Below are positions 12,545 to 27,763 of a stretch of 64,000 nt of DNA, piece after piece. The notes beneath the pieces were generated by a model. That model worked only from the letters and a program-made list of their open reading frames with translations, was not told the origin of the DNA and did no database searches. The translations under genes were made by a program, and so were the position numbers. Origin of the DNA: Magallana gigas (Eukaryota); contig NC_088855.1 of the NCBI RefSeq assembly GCF_963853765.1, forward strand, positions 19,530,001 through 19,594,000, written 5' to 3'. The first letter of the stretch is position 1; each line of letters opens with the position of its first letter.

Positions 12545-15253
12545 TCACGTGTTGTGACACTGTGACACGGCATGATAACGAGGCTCGTCTAAAACACCGG
12601 TTGAAGTGTCAAGGTTGCGTATGCACCCTTCGAAATGGGACTCGTATTTCTAGAAAAAAGAAAGAAAAGCAGAAACTGTAAATAACATCGAGTCTTTACC
12701 GCTTGAATGGGGTTAAATCATTGCCCGTAAAGTAGCTAAGTGCACTTTAAACAGCTATTCTATTGACTTGTTGATATTAAACTAATTTCTATTTAAAGTT
12801 CTAATTAATGTAACGATGCAATTCATTCAGTGAGCATTGGGGATGGTACAAGAAGAGACATAAAATCGTTTATAAAGGAATCGTAGACATCGGTTAACCA
12901 GTTGCTACAGCAGACGACAGGTACCACTGCGTACTAACAGGGCGAATATTTTCTGGGCCAATTTCACGGAGAGTATTCTCGAAATGAAAAAAAAAAATTG
13001 GGTCCTTGTTTTAACGTTGTACTCATCCATCAGGAATACCTTTGATCTGTATTTGTCATGTCGACAAAGAACTCTTGACATGTTTATAAAGGCCCCGCGA
13101 GTATTGGTGGGTAATTGTTACGATCCATAGTTTACTTTTCCAGCACAAAGAGGGAGACGGGCGGACCTGCGCTTCTTTCTGTACAGGTGTCAGCTAACAG
13201 TCCTTATTAATTATAGAGATGCAGTACGCGCACATGTCTAATTGGTCCGTCTTAGATTATAGCCAAATAATTTTAAAGAAACACACCCTTGCTAAGACTG
13301 TCCCACGCTTTTGCTTTAAATAAATCTCACTCGTCAAATTTCGGATTTAGTGACAGATGAAATTTGGGTATTAAACCTCCCCCCCTATGGAACTTATTTA
13401 GACGACGCTGTGTCAGCTTATAATGACATTTGTGGCACGTTATTTGTATGCAGACTTTTCTTTGCACTCTTAGCATTCTGTGTTTGTTGTCACGATTTCT
13501 GCGGAAATTTCTACAACCCCACACCCTTGTCATGTCCGAGAACGAAGACGTGAAACTTTATAACGACACAGTTTTAAAAACCGTCTCAAAGAATTTTTGT
13601 AACTTCCCTGATCTAATGAGTAATTCGTATTCATGATTTTTTTGTACCCCGAAAAACCCCCAGGTGAACTAGTATAACAATCTAAAGAAAAACATCTGCG
13701 GCAATTGAATATACATTCATAATTTCAGTCTTAAGACGGACACTTTTATTATCCGATTGCCTGTTTACAAACCAAAGTGTGAAACAAAACGACCAAGACC
13801 ATAATGAACCGGCATTGCGCTTCGCTGGTCCAATATACCCGACATGAAAGAAGCCGAAACTAAAAAAATAACACCACACCCAAAAGTGTGTCCTCTTTCT
13901 TAACAAGATAGTCGACCCCGCTAGTTTACACAGATTAGCAGCATTATCTGTTTTTACCTTTTATGATATCAGAACATAATTTGTTTGTCTAGATTTCCGT
14001 GACATTGTGTCACAGATATTAATCGACTAAAGAATTGGGCAGGATCCATTCCCTTGACGCCCTTTTCATGTTACCTTCAATATACTAGTAGTATGGGTCA
14101 AATTTCAAAAGGTTTCTCGTTACGATTGTGTTTCACATGGAATAAACTTTTAATTTTTTAAAAACAGTCAAATTTCAATGAAATTTAACGTATTTGATTT
14201 CCCATCTCTTTACAGGTAACCTTAGTTCAAAGGTACTTTTGAGGAGAGTAGCAACAGCAAAAATAAAAAATATCACCGTTTACAAGAGTTTTAAAAGATT
14301 TTGAATCATTAAAAGACAATAAAATTGTCAGTCTCTACCTGAAGAGGATCAGTGTGCGTCCTGTCTTCCGGGAGTAGTCCGCCAAAAATCATGGACCGGA
14401 AGCCTTTGCACTCTACCCGGAAGTTCTTGAAGAAGTGTCTTCCATCAATCGTTAATCTTCCCCGTGTTCGGGTTCTTTGAAAGGAAATCTTCAAAAAAGG
14501 AAGAAAAAAATAAAAGAATATATTTTTATCAATTAAGAATTTAACATAGAAGAATAATGTGACTCTCGGTAACATTGATATCGATAATCGTACAATTTCT
14601 TTTTAAAAAGATGTAATCAACGTTTGAGAATTTCAATATTTGGCAAAAAAGCATTCTACTATCAACAAAAATTGCGACCTACAATCAAATTTGGCCAAGA
14701 TACTCTTTTGTAAACAAACACAATAAATACTTTGGTGTAAAAGTTTATTTAAAAAAAAATTAATGCGTCATGAAATGGAAGTATTTTGATGCAATCAACT
14801 TTTAACGGCATAGCCAGACGTGAAGAAATGTTGGTGTACCTGAAATTATGATTCTGCATATGAAATATGTATATTTACTTTGTGAAACTGCGCATCGTTG
14901 GCTACTATTCTTGGCACCGTCAGCATTGCGTTAAGATGGCTACACTTAATGTGATACCGGAAATAGCTATCCACAATCTCCAAGGCGATGAACTCTGACT
15001 TGCTGGGGTTCTGATGCTTAGACGCCATATAAAACACCACTCCATTGGGGGAAGTAGCATTCATCTCAAACGAGAGTATATGCCTGAAAAGGTTTATAAA
15101 AAGAATTAATTCTGCATTGTAAACAATGGTGTATATATATCATTAAAAATTCCAAAAGAAAGAAAGAAGAGATTTGACTTAAACCCACGCTCTCTATCTT
15201 TCTGCGTCAGCTTGTCTCTGTGTCTAGTATCTCTGTGTCCGTCTGTATGTCTG

Positions 15254-15310
<57 letters not shown>

Positions 15311-17475
15311 GTCGCGCACTTCTTGCACAAAAGAAGATCGAGTGGCTGAGTTCAAAGCACTGCGTTGCAGAATCGTTTAAAATGCATTTAAAAATAACAT
15401 CGGGGTTATTAGTACTATGTCATTTCATTGCAGCAGTACAATATACCTTGTATAATTTAAACATAAATATATATTATGGAGATAACCATTAAAAAAGCCC
15501 TCGCATCGGACATAGACAATGGCGGGGACCGTAAACCGGGCAAATTATGGGTGGTTATTTCTTATTCCGCGAAATTGCCTCAATTATCATAATATATATC
15601 TGTTTGCAATGAATATTTTATGTCTTACAATTATACAAATGAAAAGGTTCAGTTTTTTTATAGGTTACGTAGATTTAGATTTGAATTGAGAATATTCTTT
15701 CAAATAGTGCGATTTTTGTGTTTGGTTTTTATTTTTCAAATTCAAATAGTACATGGGGTTTTTTGTTTGTGATCGTCGTGGAAAAAAATCAAGGATAATT
15801 GCACACACTGCGTTCAACCGCAGCACGCTGACTTGACATTGGGTGCTACCGGAAATGGGGGGGATATGAGTAAACATGAGTCATTGTACAGCAAGAGATT
15901 TACCCGTCCTCGAAGGTTTTGTGTAGCTTGTGCAGTCTGACCGAGCTCTTGGCGATAGGCTCAATGTAGACCCCCTCCGACGAGAAAACGTTCATCCCAG
16001 ACTGCAAAAATAAAAAATAAAACATTTTTACTGTAATGGAGAAGATGCTAATGAGAGTGAGCAAAAAATAAACATGTTTCAGTGATAGCACGTACTTTTG
16101 GGGAATACGTAGAAAGAATGCTTGTAAAGGGCCCTGAATTTGATGTTAAAGAAACTGTCCGAAGTTTCTAACAATGCTTTGGTTTTTATTTTTGTTGCTT
16201 TCTTTAAGGTGCAAGTGCAAATGTCTTTAAGAACTATGATTGTATGGAATTCTTTGTGGACATGCCCTCCACATATTTTACCCCAATGGTTGAGCGATCT
16301 GTGTTTGATCTTCGATCGTCGAAGGGGGCCATTAAATGACTGCCTGTTCTCCCCTACAACTTAGCATTGTCAGCATCGTTCCCCCCTTTTTTCACAACAA
16401 GAGCCATTTACTCGCTGTAATCTTGTTAAGTGATTGTTTATTCTCATTCAATAGTGTGAAATATTTCTCTATTTTATGTCCAACAAATGGCCTTTAATCT
16501 TTTCAAACTTCTATTTGTGACTCAGCTAAATATCTCTGGATTGGCCAATGTAATGTTGACAAATACATGCTTTCTAATAAGTCGTCGCGTGCATTTTCCC
16601 GCGTTGCTGACATAAGCTGACCAATGGCGAGAATGGCCTTTGGCCAGCAAACAAATTTGTTTTCTAAAGCAAAATCGTAATGTGTTGGTGTCCCCTACAA
16701 ATGTCCCCCGGGTGTTCTACGATAAATATTGGTATAGCTCAAAATTATTAACACCAAATACCTCCTCCAAGATAGTTTACTAAACACCGACACACTTTTG
16801 AAAACTTGTTAATAATCAGACGTGTGATATAATAGGAGTTGTTTGTGTTCACTGACAGTTTGTTTAGCACCAGTTCTTTAATTTCATGTAATACACAAAA
16901 AGTAATTAGGGTTATGTAAAAAATTGAACAGAGATGTTCCATTGAAAAGTATTGTCACAAATAAAACAAAAAACAAAACAACACCCACCCCCCCCCCCCC
17001 ACCCCAGCTTAAAAAACCTAAAACATCTTCCTACAGAAAAAAAATATTGGTGAACATACTCTTCAATTTCTTTAAGAATTTTAAACAACTGTAAAACAAT
17101 TTTTATACGACTGCTTTTAAAAAAGTATATCAATTAAACCGTAAATAAAACACGAAATTAATATTTATTTAATATATATATACACAATGTATTATTTTTT
17201 ACATCTGATCATGCTGCGTGATTGAAAATTTAAGCAAGTGAAATCTTTGCCGCGTAAATAACACGCAGCGATTTTATGACGTCTCCATGAGAGTGGAAGT
17301 GTCAAGGGTATGGCAGAATCTAATATGATTATGCTTTAACAGTCGATGTATTAGATACGTAGGAAAGGTGTGATAGGAAAAAAAATAATCAAAGTTCTTT
17401 TTATATGCTAACCTAGTTAAACTGCATAAAAAGAAGATTTAAATACACGTTTGATAGTATCCTGACATAATCGCC

Positions 17476-17564
<89 letters not shown>

Positions 17565-18432
17565 CGGCAATTAATATGAAATGTTAATAAGTTTACACAT
17601 ACTATATAATTTATATATATTTGAGCATAAAGAGTAGTATATATAAAATAAAGTATTTCAAATGATAGTGATATATATGTACAATGTTACCAGATTTGCA
17701 TCATGTTAAAATAACAATTTCAATGCACTTTTTATTAAAAAAAAAAGATTCTATTTAAATGTCCTTATATCTATATTTGTAAATTACTTTTTTTTTAAAT
17801 ATCTTGTTTCTCTTTTTTGTATCACTGACGTCAATGGACTTTTAAAAATTCATTAGATTACAGCAAGCATTTGAAATGAATCAATTTGGTGTACAACGAG
17901 GTGTAATAGTCCCAGGTTCAAAGATAAAAATCTCTACTGAACATTTCACGCAAGAAATCTATTACGTTTAAGGAACATTAAATACCAATATGCAAGAAGA
18001 GAAAAAAATCTTCATTTGAAAAATTCAAAAAAAAAAATTAAACTGTTTTCAAAGCAAAGATAATCCACTCCAGTTTTTGCAACTCGAGGGATAATTAAGA
18101 TGATGCAACACTAAAAACATTGATTGATAAGATAATTTAAAAAAGTTATGAATAAAAAGAAAATAAAACGTCGCCGAAAAAATATTTGCAGAGTATATTG
18201 GTGATCGTTGTTGTTTTTTTTTTAATCACACTACCTCCCCCACATATTATTTTAATAAAATTATGAAGGCTGGGCTAACAAAAAGCATCAAAACTTTAAT
18301 TTAATGAAAACTTACCGAACAAAGTCCATGGGCTGAGGGGGTTTCTTGTCCACGGGTAACGCATAGGGTTAAAAACGCCAGGAGCACTGTCAATTCTTTC
18401 GCTACCCCCTCCATAAACATTTGCACGTTCAT
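12545..18432 (-). CDS. Secreted single laminin-G (LamG/LNS) domain protein, 224 aa
   Basis: Exons 18432-18316, 16001-15904, 15083-14879, 14488-14339, 12649-12545, all GT-AG with consistent phases. Signal-like LTVLLAFLTLCVTRG and LamG motifs FEMNATSPNGVVFY, EFIALEIVD, NDAQFHKISF, LTIDG, FGGL and FEGCIRNL. Confidence 0.85.
15259..15300. repeat. (CT)n microsatellite
   Basis: Pure CT dinucleotide run in an intron of the LamG gene. Confidence 0.95.
17478..17562. repeat. (GA)n microsatellite
   Basis: About 42 perfect GA units. Confidence 0.97.
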
Positions 18433-21156
18433 TTCCGTCTTCTAAATATGCACCACAAAATAAAAAGAGAAAATCTGAATCCTTGTCCTTATCGGTATAG
18501 TAGAATAACTGGACTGGCTTTTTTCTGTTTGGTAGGCCGAACTTAAATAGGGCATGTGCGTACTATATAGACTCTGACAAGAGCTAGCGCAGTGATTTTG
18601 TCCCGAACTGATTTACATATTTATGAATGAATGAATTTCTCTCGATCGCAAGTCGTCCGTGAGCGATCACGAGGAAATTTTTTTTACTATTTTTAGGAAA
18701 AACAAGTTTGCTTGGTTCCTACTCTGTAGACGAAGGCACGTGTCGACTACAGGTAGCGCGGAGTCAAAGTATTGATTTAACATTAAATAAATATCAAATT
18801 GGCGGTTTAAAAAAATAAAACCTTCATCCGCATACCGAAAGAGCGTCGTTATCGCATATTTCGAAGAAAGGAAAAAATGTGTTGCGCAAAATGTTTGTCC
18901 AAATTTTCAGATAAAACTTTCGCTTGGCGAGCTTAGCATTTTCTGTTTTATTACAATTTGAGAAAAATGCCCCAGTGTCTCCTATAAGCGGCAAGAGTAC
19001 TTTGGGATCATAATTTTGACGCAAAGTATTTTAGAAAATACTGGGTTTAAGATCAAGTCTGACCACGATATTATATACACCCCCAAAAAACGGGGACTTG
19101 TAACTGTGTTAAGTAATTCACTTAGCTTTAGCTGATACACTTTCACAATAAAGTATTTATCTATTCCAAAAGTTAGGCATTGTCGCAGAAAGCACCCAAA
19201 CAAAAGATGTCTAACCTTAAAACCTTTTTCGCTCTTTGGTCAGTCAACCCACAATATAATCTGATAATGCACACCTTGGCCTTAGCTCACGTTAAATGAC
19301 TCGAGTCGCTCAGTCAATCCTTAATTATTCAGAGCTTATACCATTTTTAATTAATTTTCTTTCTAATTCCAGGTTGTAATTAAGACTTTTATTGAGCTAT
19401 TTCTGTAAATAAAACGCAATTACAACACTGGGACTGGGTTTTCAAAAATGTAATTTTTTTTAAACTTTCATATCTGTGTTACTAATGTGAAAAGGTGGGC
19501 GCTTGACGATGAATCATTTTCCGACCTAAATTTAAACCACCACCGTATTATTTTAACAACCTAAACATGTCAAAAGGTTATCTAATAAGAAAATACTCCC
19601 CCTTTATGGAGAGAAATGCTTCCTTTAAAAATGTTGTAAAAACCTCTGAAAATTACCGATATCCACCTTGCAGAATTGACGCGATACTGAAAATAATAGT
19701 AAAAACGATTGACAACAACAACCCCCCCCCCCCTCCCAACCCTTTGTCTTCTCTCATATTTTCAACAGAAATTAATCAAATCAAAATCATAGTTTAATTC
19801 TACCATTTTTATATCATTTAAAAGTTACTGTAGAGAAGATAAATTAACCTACCCATCCACCCTTTTGCTTTGTTTATTTATTTTTTTTTTTTTTGGGGGG
19901 GGGGGGGGTGTTGGGTGTTTGGTTGTTGGTGGTTGGGGGTGTTGTGTCTACAAATCTAACATTTTTTTCAACGTGATTGATCTCTTCTTTCATTTTTCTT
20001 ATTTTGTTTTATACTTTCTGTCTCCAATCATTAAATATTTAGACTATATTAGCCAATAAATTCATCAGTTGTGGGTGCAATGTGACATTTTTTGAATCCG
20101 GACATAACTAGCTATCCATCACCTGTATAAATCTTGCCAAGGGTATATTGGGCAGGGGGGAGGGGTACGGAGAGGGTGAAATTACCTATCAATCCCAGAT
20201 AAATAGGAAAAAAACCCATCAAAAATAGATTGATAAGGAAATTAAAGAACAGTGAAAACGACATTCTGAAAAACTGAAAACAACTTATTACCTGCAGGGT
20301 GTCTCTGAAATAACTGATAATGTGTCAATCTTTATTGCATTTATACCTATACCGATGAGGCTTTTTTCTTATATATAAAAGTCCAGTGTAGGAGTTTTTC
20401 CTGGTACAAATGTATTAATACCCTCCCACTACCAAGCCTTTATTTGGCAGTACACTGTATAGTCAGACAGCGAGTTATTTACCTCCTTCAAAAATCAATG
20501 ACTATAAACTCAAAGGTTTTGTCATTGTTTATAGTAAATCTTTCAATGGATAATTCAGATGAGATCATAAAAACATTGCTAATAGTGTATTACAGTAGCT
20601 TGTTTTCACCCCCCTTTGATGACACAAACTGATTAATCAATTAGTCAGTCATATCAGCTGAACTCGCTGAACTTTTGTAAATATTATGAAAACATAACAA
20701 TGAAGCCTGATTTTACACAGATTCATTTTGAAGACAAATACATCATAATTCTTAATTTTAGATCATATTTTGCGAGCCAAACATAATTGATGAGCTTAAA
20801 ACATTTGAAAAATTCTTTAACATCGTCTTGCTGAAAGTCTGATCACTCATTCAACAATCATGTTAACAAGCCTAAAACCTTCATTAAGGCCACCATTACA
20901 TGAATACTTCTTAAAACAAAATCCAAATTTCCTCTATCTAAAAATGTTAATGTTCTTCTTTTTGGACATTTACATTCCAATAAATGGTAAACAACATTTA
21001 AAACTTCATGTACATGTATTTTGCTTTAGTTGGGCCCATTATTTAGAAGTTCAAGATTTTTTTTTTTTCTAAAAAAGATCAGACTTTCATATAAAAGGTC
21101 CCTCCATGTACTGAAAAGGGAAGAAATATCACATCCAAGAATTCCGCTTAAGTCTG

Positions 21157-24100
21157 TCACGCATCAGCCTTTAGCTGGGTCCCTGATAAAGTCACTTTCT
21201 CGCCAGGTTTGAAGGCTGGCATACCCAGGTAAGGACAGCTCGCACATCGAAACGCATCGCCCAGATAGCACTGAAAATAGAAAGAGGAAACGGCTACTTG
21301 ACATCAAATAACAAGCAGCTGTATTTATATTCTGGCACTGACTCACACCTGCTTGACCTAATGTCAATTACGTAAAGTGGATATCCATGCACATACTGCA
21401 CAAGATGAATGCGCATTGAAGACATGATTCTTTGTTGCATTGAAGAACCTGAATCGAGGATAAGTTGAATGCTTTTTCAAAGAATAAGTGTGTTAGTGAG
21501 TTTACATCACAACTTTTTTTGTATTTTCTTTCCTGTCTATACATAAGAATAAAAATTTTCTCCCCCTCTTTCATTAAAACCGTTTCAAGTGAATGAAAAA
21601 GAGCATTTTTGTGTTAAATACTTAAATGTGCTGAAAATAAATTGTTTTTTTTATTACTGAATATAATAACAACAAAAATCTCTTCAGAAAGAACATCAGC
21701 AATCATAATGAAAAAAAAAATAGATCCCACTCTGTCTGTCTATGGCAAATTGAACCCAAGTCAACCCCAACCACATGAAAACCAATTAACCCAATCCACC
21801 TGCAACCACATCAAAACCAATTGTTTACCTTGATGAAATCTCAAAACCAGAACACAGGGGATCTATAACCTTTAACTGGATCAATTATAGAACTCAAATA
21901 AAAGAGAAAAGGGATAGACTGAACTACATAAGAGACAATTATCCATCGATACTCAACTTTGACAGGCCATCAATTTTATCATAATTTCTTAAAATGTATA
22001 TATTCAATATAAATATACAATACATCTTAATAAATAATTATCAAGTCTGTATTTACTTTGTTTATACAATTTCTTGTGTAACTTAAAACATTTTCCTGAC
22101 CTTCAAAATACCAACCCCACCTCTTCAATTCAAAAAATGTGTACACAAGCATAAATATGGAGAACTCTAGAGTTTGGACTACCAGCCACTACAGAACCCC
22201 CCTTTGTTTTAGGAGACTTCAAGCCCAGGCTGTTCTTCTGAAACTTTAGATCTGAAGAATTTAATGACTTAATAGGCCCAGAGCGTACTGAGTACATTTG
22301 TTATTTGGTAGACACTGCACCACTTGTGATTGTGTATGTCACTTTGTCTAAAAAGGTTGTAGTCCAAACTCAAAACAAATCTATTACAATAAAAGAAACT
22401 GATTGCTTTCCGAAAATTAGAATTTCCATCTAAAGAATACATGGAACATTGAAATGTGATGGAAAAAAACTAAACAACAGAAATGACAACAGAATCACAT
22501 AGATAAAATGTTCGATTGTTAAAATAATAATGGGGGTTTCATTATTTAATCATATTCACTCCATGTGTCAACATTTACTATTCTTCTTTATTTGGGTGGA
22601 GTAGCCTAGCTGCTATTTTGCTTTGCTTTACTTTAATTAGAACATTTTTCATTTTGTGTACTTTCAATGTTACCCTCAGAAATTCTCTTGCTTGGGGAGG
22701 GGGGGGGGGGGGGTGGTATTCAAATCAGTTGCCCTCATCTGTGGAGAATGACTTTAGTTTTCATTACGCCAAAGGATCCAAATGTTAACATGTAAGCAAA
22801 TTTGAAGAGGAAAATGAAACCTTCAGAAATAGCACAGGTTCATAATAATAATCGACATCTAACTAGACATGGAGTTTTGTTTTAAACATAATTAAGATCA
22901 CTTTTACTAAAGTCCAAGCAAGGTATTTCAGTGGGTTCCTTACTACGTAATGCACAAACTGGTACAGAATTAGTTTTACAAATGAAAGTCTCTGACTTTG
23001 TTAAAATATATGATACAGTTTGCAAAATCCATTAAGAAAAAAAAATGAAAGAAAGCAAGATCCATGTAGACAAGGTTAACCGTAGCTTTAGAAAACAGAG
23101 AGCAAGCAAGCCCTGACATAATTTTCAAAAAATGTCCATGTATAAAACATCTAATAAATCCTGGTGATTCAAATAACGGTAGACCTGTCTGCTAAATATG
23201 CCATGAATGCCTGCCAATGTGCATGTTAAGGGTAACTTCAGTTATCAAGAAGGAGATATGCACCAGAAATCAGTCAGATAAATGCAACTAGAGTGAAAAG
23301 TAGGCCTAAAAATCTCTGAATATTTGAAAATGTTCAAAGTCCAAGGGCAATACTGGTATTCCTGCTGAATTTGGATTATGTGAAAATCAAACAACTTCCT
23401 TATATGATTATCAGTGTAAAAAACCCCGTCAAAAAACCAGTTCAATGTATGCAAACAACACACAGAAGTCTTGAAACTGTCAGGACAGAAAGGAGATGGA
23501 ATGACACCTATGAAAAGGCACAACATTTTTTAAATGTCGCGACTATCTTATGGTTGGGGCATAAAAATTGGTGTTGAATGCTGTCTATGCATTGAAAATA
23601 ATTGAAAACACTGGCTAAAATTATGTCATTTCCATGATGGAAAATCCCAAATATCAATAACCTCTTATTGGGAAGATATTGGAAGTAACAAAAAAAAAAA
23701 GATCTGTCAATTTTATACAACTTCCTAATCTGATATCCTTCTTATCAAAAAATTGTTAAATATAAGATTCATAATTATTCAACAATCTTATATGTCGGCG
23801 ACGTACTTTATGAAAAGGGAAATAATTCTTAAGGCGACAAGCAGCAATGGGGGTTCCAAAACAATCTGAAGTCCAAGGAAGATAACTCTTGTGCAATATT
23901 TTAGCAATACTACCCTCTGTTGAGTAATTCTGTTTACTAGTACATCTATATATGTAAAGATTAAAACTTTAATCAAATGTAAACATTGATATTATCACAT
24001 CCTTTCTGGCGTGTTTTCTAAGATCGGGTAACATTCAATTTTGACATTTGCACTGAGAATAAACAATACCCGTCCCTGACCACAAAGTTTCTTACTGGCC

Positions 24101-27100
24101 CTCTAACCACAGATTTCCTAATCGGTGGATTCAGATTACCGCTGATTGGCTGCTGGTACAGAATAAATAACCCACAGACAAAACAGCAATTCATTAAAGA
24201 ATAAAAAAATTTACTCGTTTCTTATTACCGTTGGAATTGTAGTATTTTTTGTAGCGTATGAATACATCATCATGACAAAAAAAAATCATATAAATTCCTT
24301 TGAAAAGAGAGCATTATCAAATGGTACTTAAACATATTGGAAAATTTTCAAATTTTAAAGCTTGCTAAAAGTGTTAATTAACCACTTTTGCAGTATGCTG
24401 CTACTTCATTAAGAATAGTAATAAAGAAAAGCACAACGTCGTCCATATTATATTTCTGTCCAAATAGCCCTTCATCTTTCAAGTTTATAAATGATAGGCA
24501 AAAATGAATCAATCACTGTGGAATCATTATTGTTTGTGGGGGACCAATGTTCATGGCTTTCATGGGTAACCCTTCCCCACAAGCGTATATACAAGGATTT
24601 GTTTAATATTTATTTATGAAGTAGAACTTGCTACCAACGAAATTACATCCCCACGAACCAAGAAAACTTTGGCTACCCATGAGCATTGACCCCGCAAATA
24701 AAATGATTCCACAGTATCAAGGTTTGTTAAAAAAAATTTATTTCCAATGGTAACCATTTCAAATGCTTGATATACTAATGCTATATGTGTTGCCATCCTT
24801 TCTTTAAAGGCAGAACATTTTACAAACGCCCCCTTTTTTACCTGTACAAACTTCAAAAAGATGCCGCTTGTCAATCAAGTTTGAAACAATAGCACCCAGT
24901 TTGATTGACGTGATCGTCCGAGCATAATCTTGCCAGGTCCGCGGATTTCTGTTTACTAGCAATTAACAACGTTATCTTTGATATCTTCCGTCATGTATTA
25001 AAAGGGGGATTAAAAATTGAATTTTTAACATTACCAGTATTAACATTGTTTATGAAAAATAATTATTCAGTAATTGAAAATACGTAATTTATATTTCAAT
25101 CATGTTGAATGCATGTGATCTAATAAATTCTACGAAGATGCATGAGCAGCTCCAAGGCATATACCGGTACACTCTTCTGAGCTACTAAAGCTGTATTTAC
25201 TGGTACTACACTCGCACGAAAACGTCACTCCATGGAAAACGAACTCCATTAATTCTCACCGTGTAATGGCTACCTTTACATTCCACATTCCAACTGATCG
25301 TATGGTTTTCTTATACAATTATATTTATTAAAATTACCTTCCTAAACAATGTCAAGGGCTAAAGTTACACAATGTACCGACTTATATTTTTAAAGCAGAA
25401 TTAATTTACTGAATTTTTTTCAATTGTACTTTACACACGTGTGCTTAGAGAAAATTGGGACGACGCAAAACATTTCTGTATAAAATCGCTTCGTATAGTC
25501 ATTAGAACAATAACATATTCAAACTAAGAACAATTCTGACTAATTATTTATTTCCTGTGTATTAATTTGCTTCCTGTGTATAGTGATTAGCAGCGTTCAC
25601 GACCGCAGGAAGACTGCAAGCCCTGGAGGCTTTCACACCTCTAGAAATTAAGCCCCGCCCTCACCTGAGATTTACCACCTGGTAAAAATGTTCGTCCTTT
25701 AAAACCAGAATTCCAATTCCAATTGTCGAAAAAGGGGAAAGGGGAAAAAATGTGAAAGCATTTTGAATTGGAAATAACACCACTGGGTCCATTTTGAATA
25801 TGAAGGCAGAGTGCTCAATGAATGTGATTCAGTGAAATACTTACACTTCCACAGGCTGAGGTTGCTGTCTTTTTCTTGGTTTTGGCCTCCGCTTCCAGTT
25901 CATCAGACAAACCACAAGTACAGTTTTTACATGCTTTCTTCTTCTTTGGACCATCACCACAGGTTGCTGAAGTGACAAAAAAACCCTATTACTACCTATG
26001 AACTCAAAACTGTTAAACTGTTATCCAAATATTCTTTCACATTAGCAAGTATCAACTATGTTTACAGGTACCTCACTTTAAGCACTAGTGCATGTTTATG
26101 AAACCAGCTTTTCATGGAAACACACAATTAAAAAAAAAAAATTCTCTATACTACAGGTATCTGGTATTTACAGCAGACTTTATAAAGAAAATTTACACAG
26201 TGTATATCTAATTCGGGTTCAATATATCATCATGTATACTATCATCCCAACAAACAAATTAAAAAAACTTTACCTTTGAGTGATGAGGGATCTGGCTTCT
26301 TGAGGTCGTCTTCATCCAACAAAGCATCATCATCCACCAACTCCACTTCATCATCCAACATGTCGGATGCTGACAAGGTCCACACCTTGGCTACCTCCTC
26401 TTGTGATTTATCCACTGAAAGAAAAATAGCAAACAAAGCTGACTATGGTACAACTTACTATTGAAAACTTTTGAACTTCATGGATTATTCTTTTTTTTCT
26501 CATTTGGATAAACTTTGGTTTAATTTTCTTCATTCCTTATAAATAAATGGGATTCTACAATCAGTATACTGGTACATAATAATAAAAATGTTAAAATTCA
26601 ACATACAATGTAATTTTTTTAGAATTATTCCAATAGAATTAAACCTTTAAAAAATCAAACAGCAACATTCCATACCTTTCTTCTTTCCAAATGAAATTTT
26701 AAGCTGTGAAGTTGATCCCACTTCATAATTTGGCTTTTTGGAGGTTATCTTAATGACTTGGAATTCTTTTGTTAAGGAGAGAGAGTTTTGTATACTTTTT
26801 ACATCATCTGCTGATATTTCAACTTTTTCTGGCTGTAAAGATAAATTTGATGAGCTTTTTTTCAGTATGTAAATATTAATTATCATGTAATTATCATGTA
26901 AGACATACCCACAAAATTTACAATACCTAACCCGTTGCAAATTCTGAATTTTTCCACATTCATCTCAAATGATATTAAAGGCAGCAAAAAAATCTTATTT
27001 ATACCTGGGATATATCAACAAATCCAGAGAGTTTGATGGTAGAGATAAGTTTGTCTTTCGCCTTAAGCTGTCCGTTCTCTGTGGATTCATTGACTGGTTC

Positions 27101-27763
27101 CTGAACTATCAAACTTCCATTTGGTTTAAGAATGCGACAGATCTCTCCCAGAGAATCAGTCGTGTGAAGGTATGAACATGGCTGTATCAAACCAGAAATG
27201 GCTGCGTCAAATGAAGAATCTTGGTATGATGCTGAAATCAAAAAAGAAAATTTGATGAAATATGACTTTGTAACTCAACTCAGGCAACTTTAAGTTACCG
27301 CGGTAGCATTTGTGACAAAAGTGTTTTGATGCTAATCATAGTTTACATATGTTTCACAAAGAATCAAAGTCTTTCATGATACAATGAGACTTTGTAAGGA
27401 CATGCACATATATCAAAAAAGTTGACACTAAGGTATTTCTTAAAGAATTTGAATTTTCTCACAGGAAATTTTGACACAGTACTTTTGTTCATTAATATTA
27501 AACAAGAACTAGTTTTTAAACATATCTCCTAATATTTCTTTAAATAAGCAGTTGAAATCAAAACCAATTCTGATAAAAATCATAATATGCAACTTACATA
27601 ATGCTAATCTTTCAATATTTTCCACCTGGACTTTGCCTGTTTCTCCTACTTTAGCTTTGAGTTCCTCAACCACTTGTTGCAGTTTCTCAACAGCTTGATT
27701 TCCTGACCAAAGTAAAAGTATCTTCTGTCCAGCAGAAATATCTAAATTCTCTGCCATTTTCAT
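21157..27763 (-). CDS. CIAPIN1: Anamorsin / cytosolic Fe-S assembly factor (Dre2 homolog)
   Basis: Exons 27763-27598, 27231-27005, 26832-26676, 26414-26274, 25966-25845, 21270-21157 with consistent phases. Methyltransferase-like N-domain (RILKPNGSL), acidic linker ([17 protein letters not shown]), first Fe-S motif C-X9-CKNCTC and second motif [29 protein letters not shown]. Confidence 0.96.
24515..24715. mobile_element. MITE-like element in CIAPIN1 intron 5
   Basis: Terminal inverted repeats actgtggaatcatt ... aatgattccacagt, about 200 bp apart. Confidence 0.6.

Noticed and set aside
13030-13910. Several short ORFs and possible acceptors in the last intron of the LamG gene
   Set aside because: None continues the LamG frame without early stops. 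The exon at 12649-12545 supplies the expected FEGCIRNL end.
15106-15492. ORFs with RERERE or SLSLSL runs (also 41040-41448 and 49874-50321)
   Set aside because: They are translations of (GA)n/(CT)n microsatellites.
23245-23720. Possible nested gene or LINE remnant in the 4.5-kb CIAPIN1 intron
   Set aside because: The frames are short and broken and have no diagnostic motif, so the segment cannot be assigned from sequence alone.
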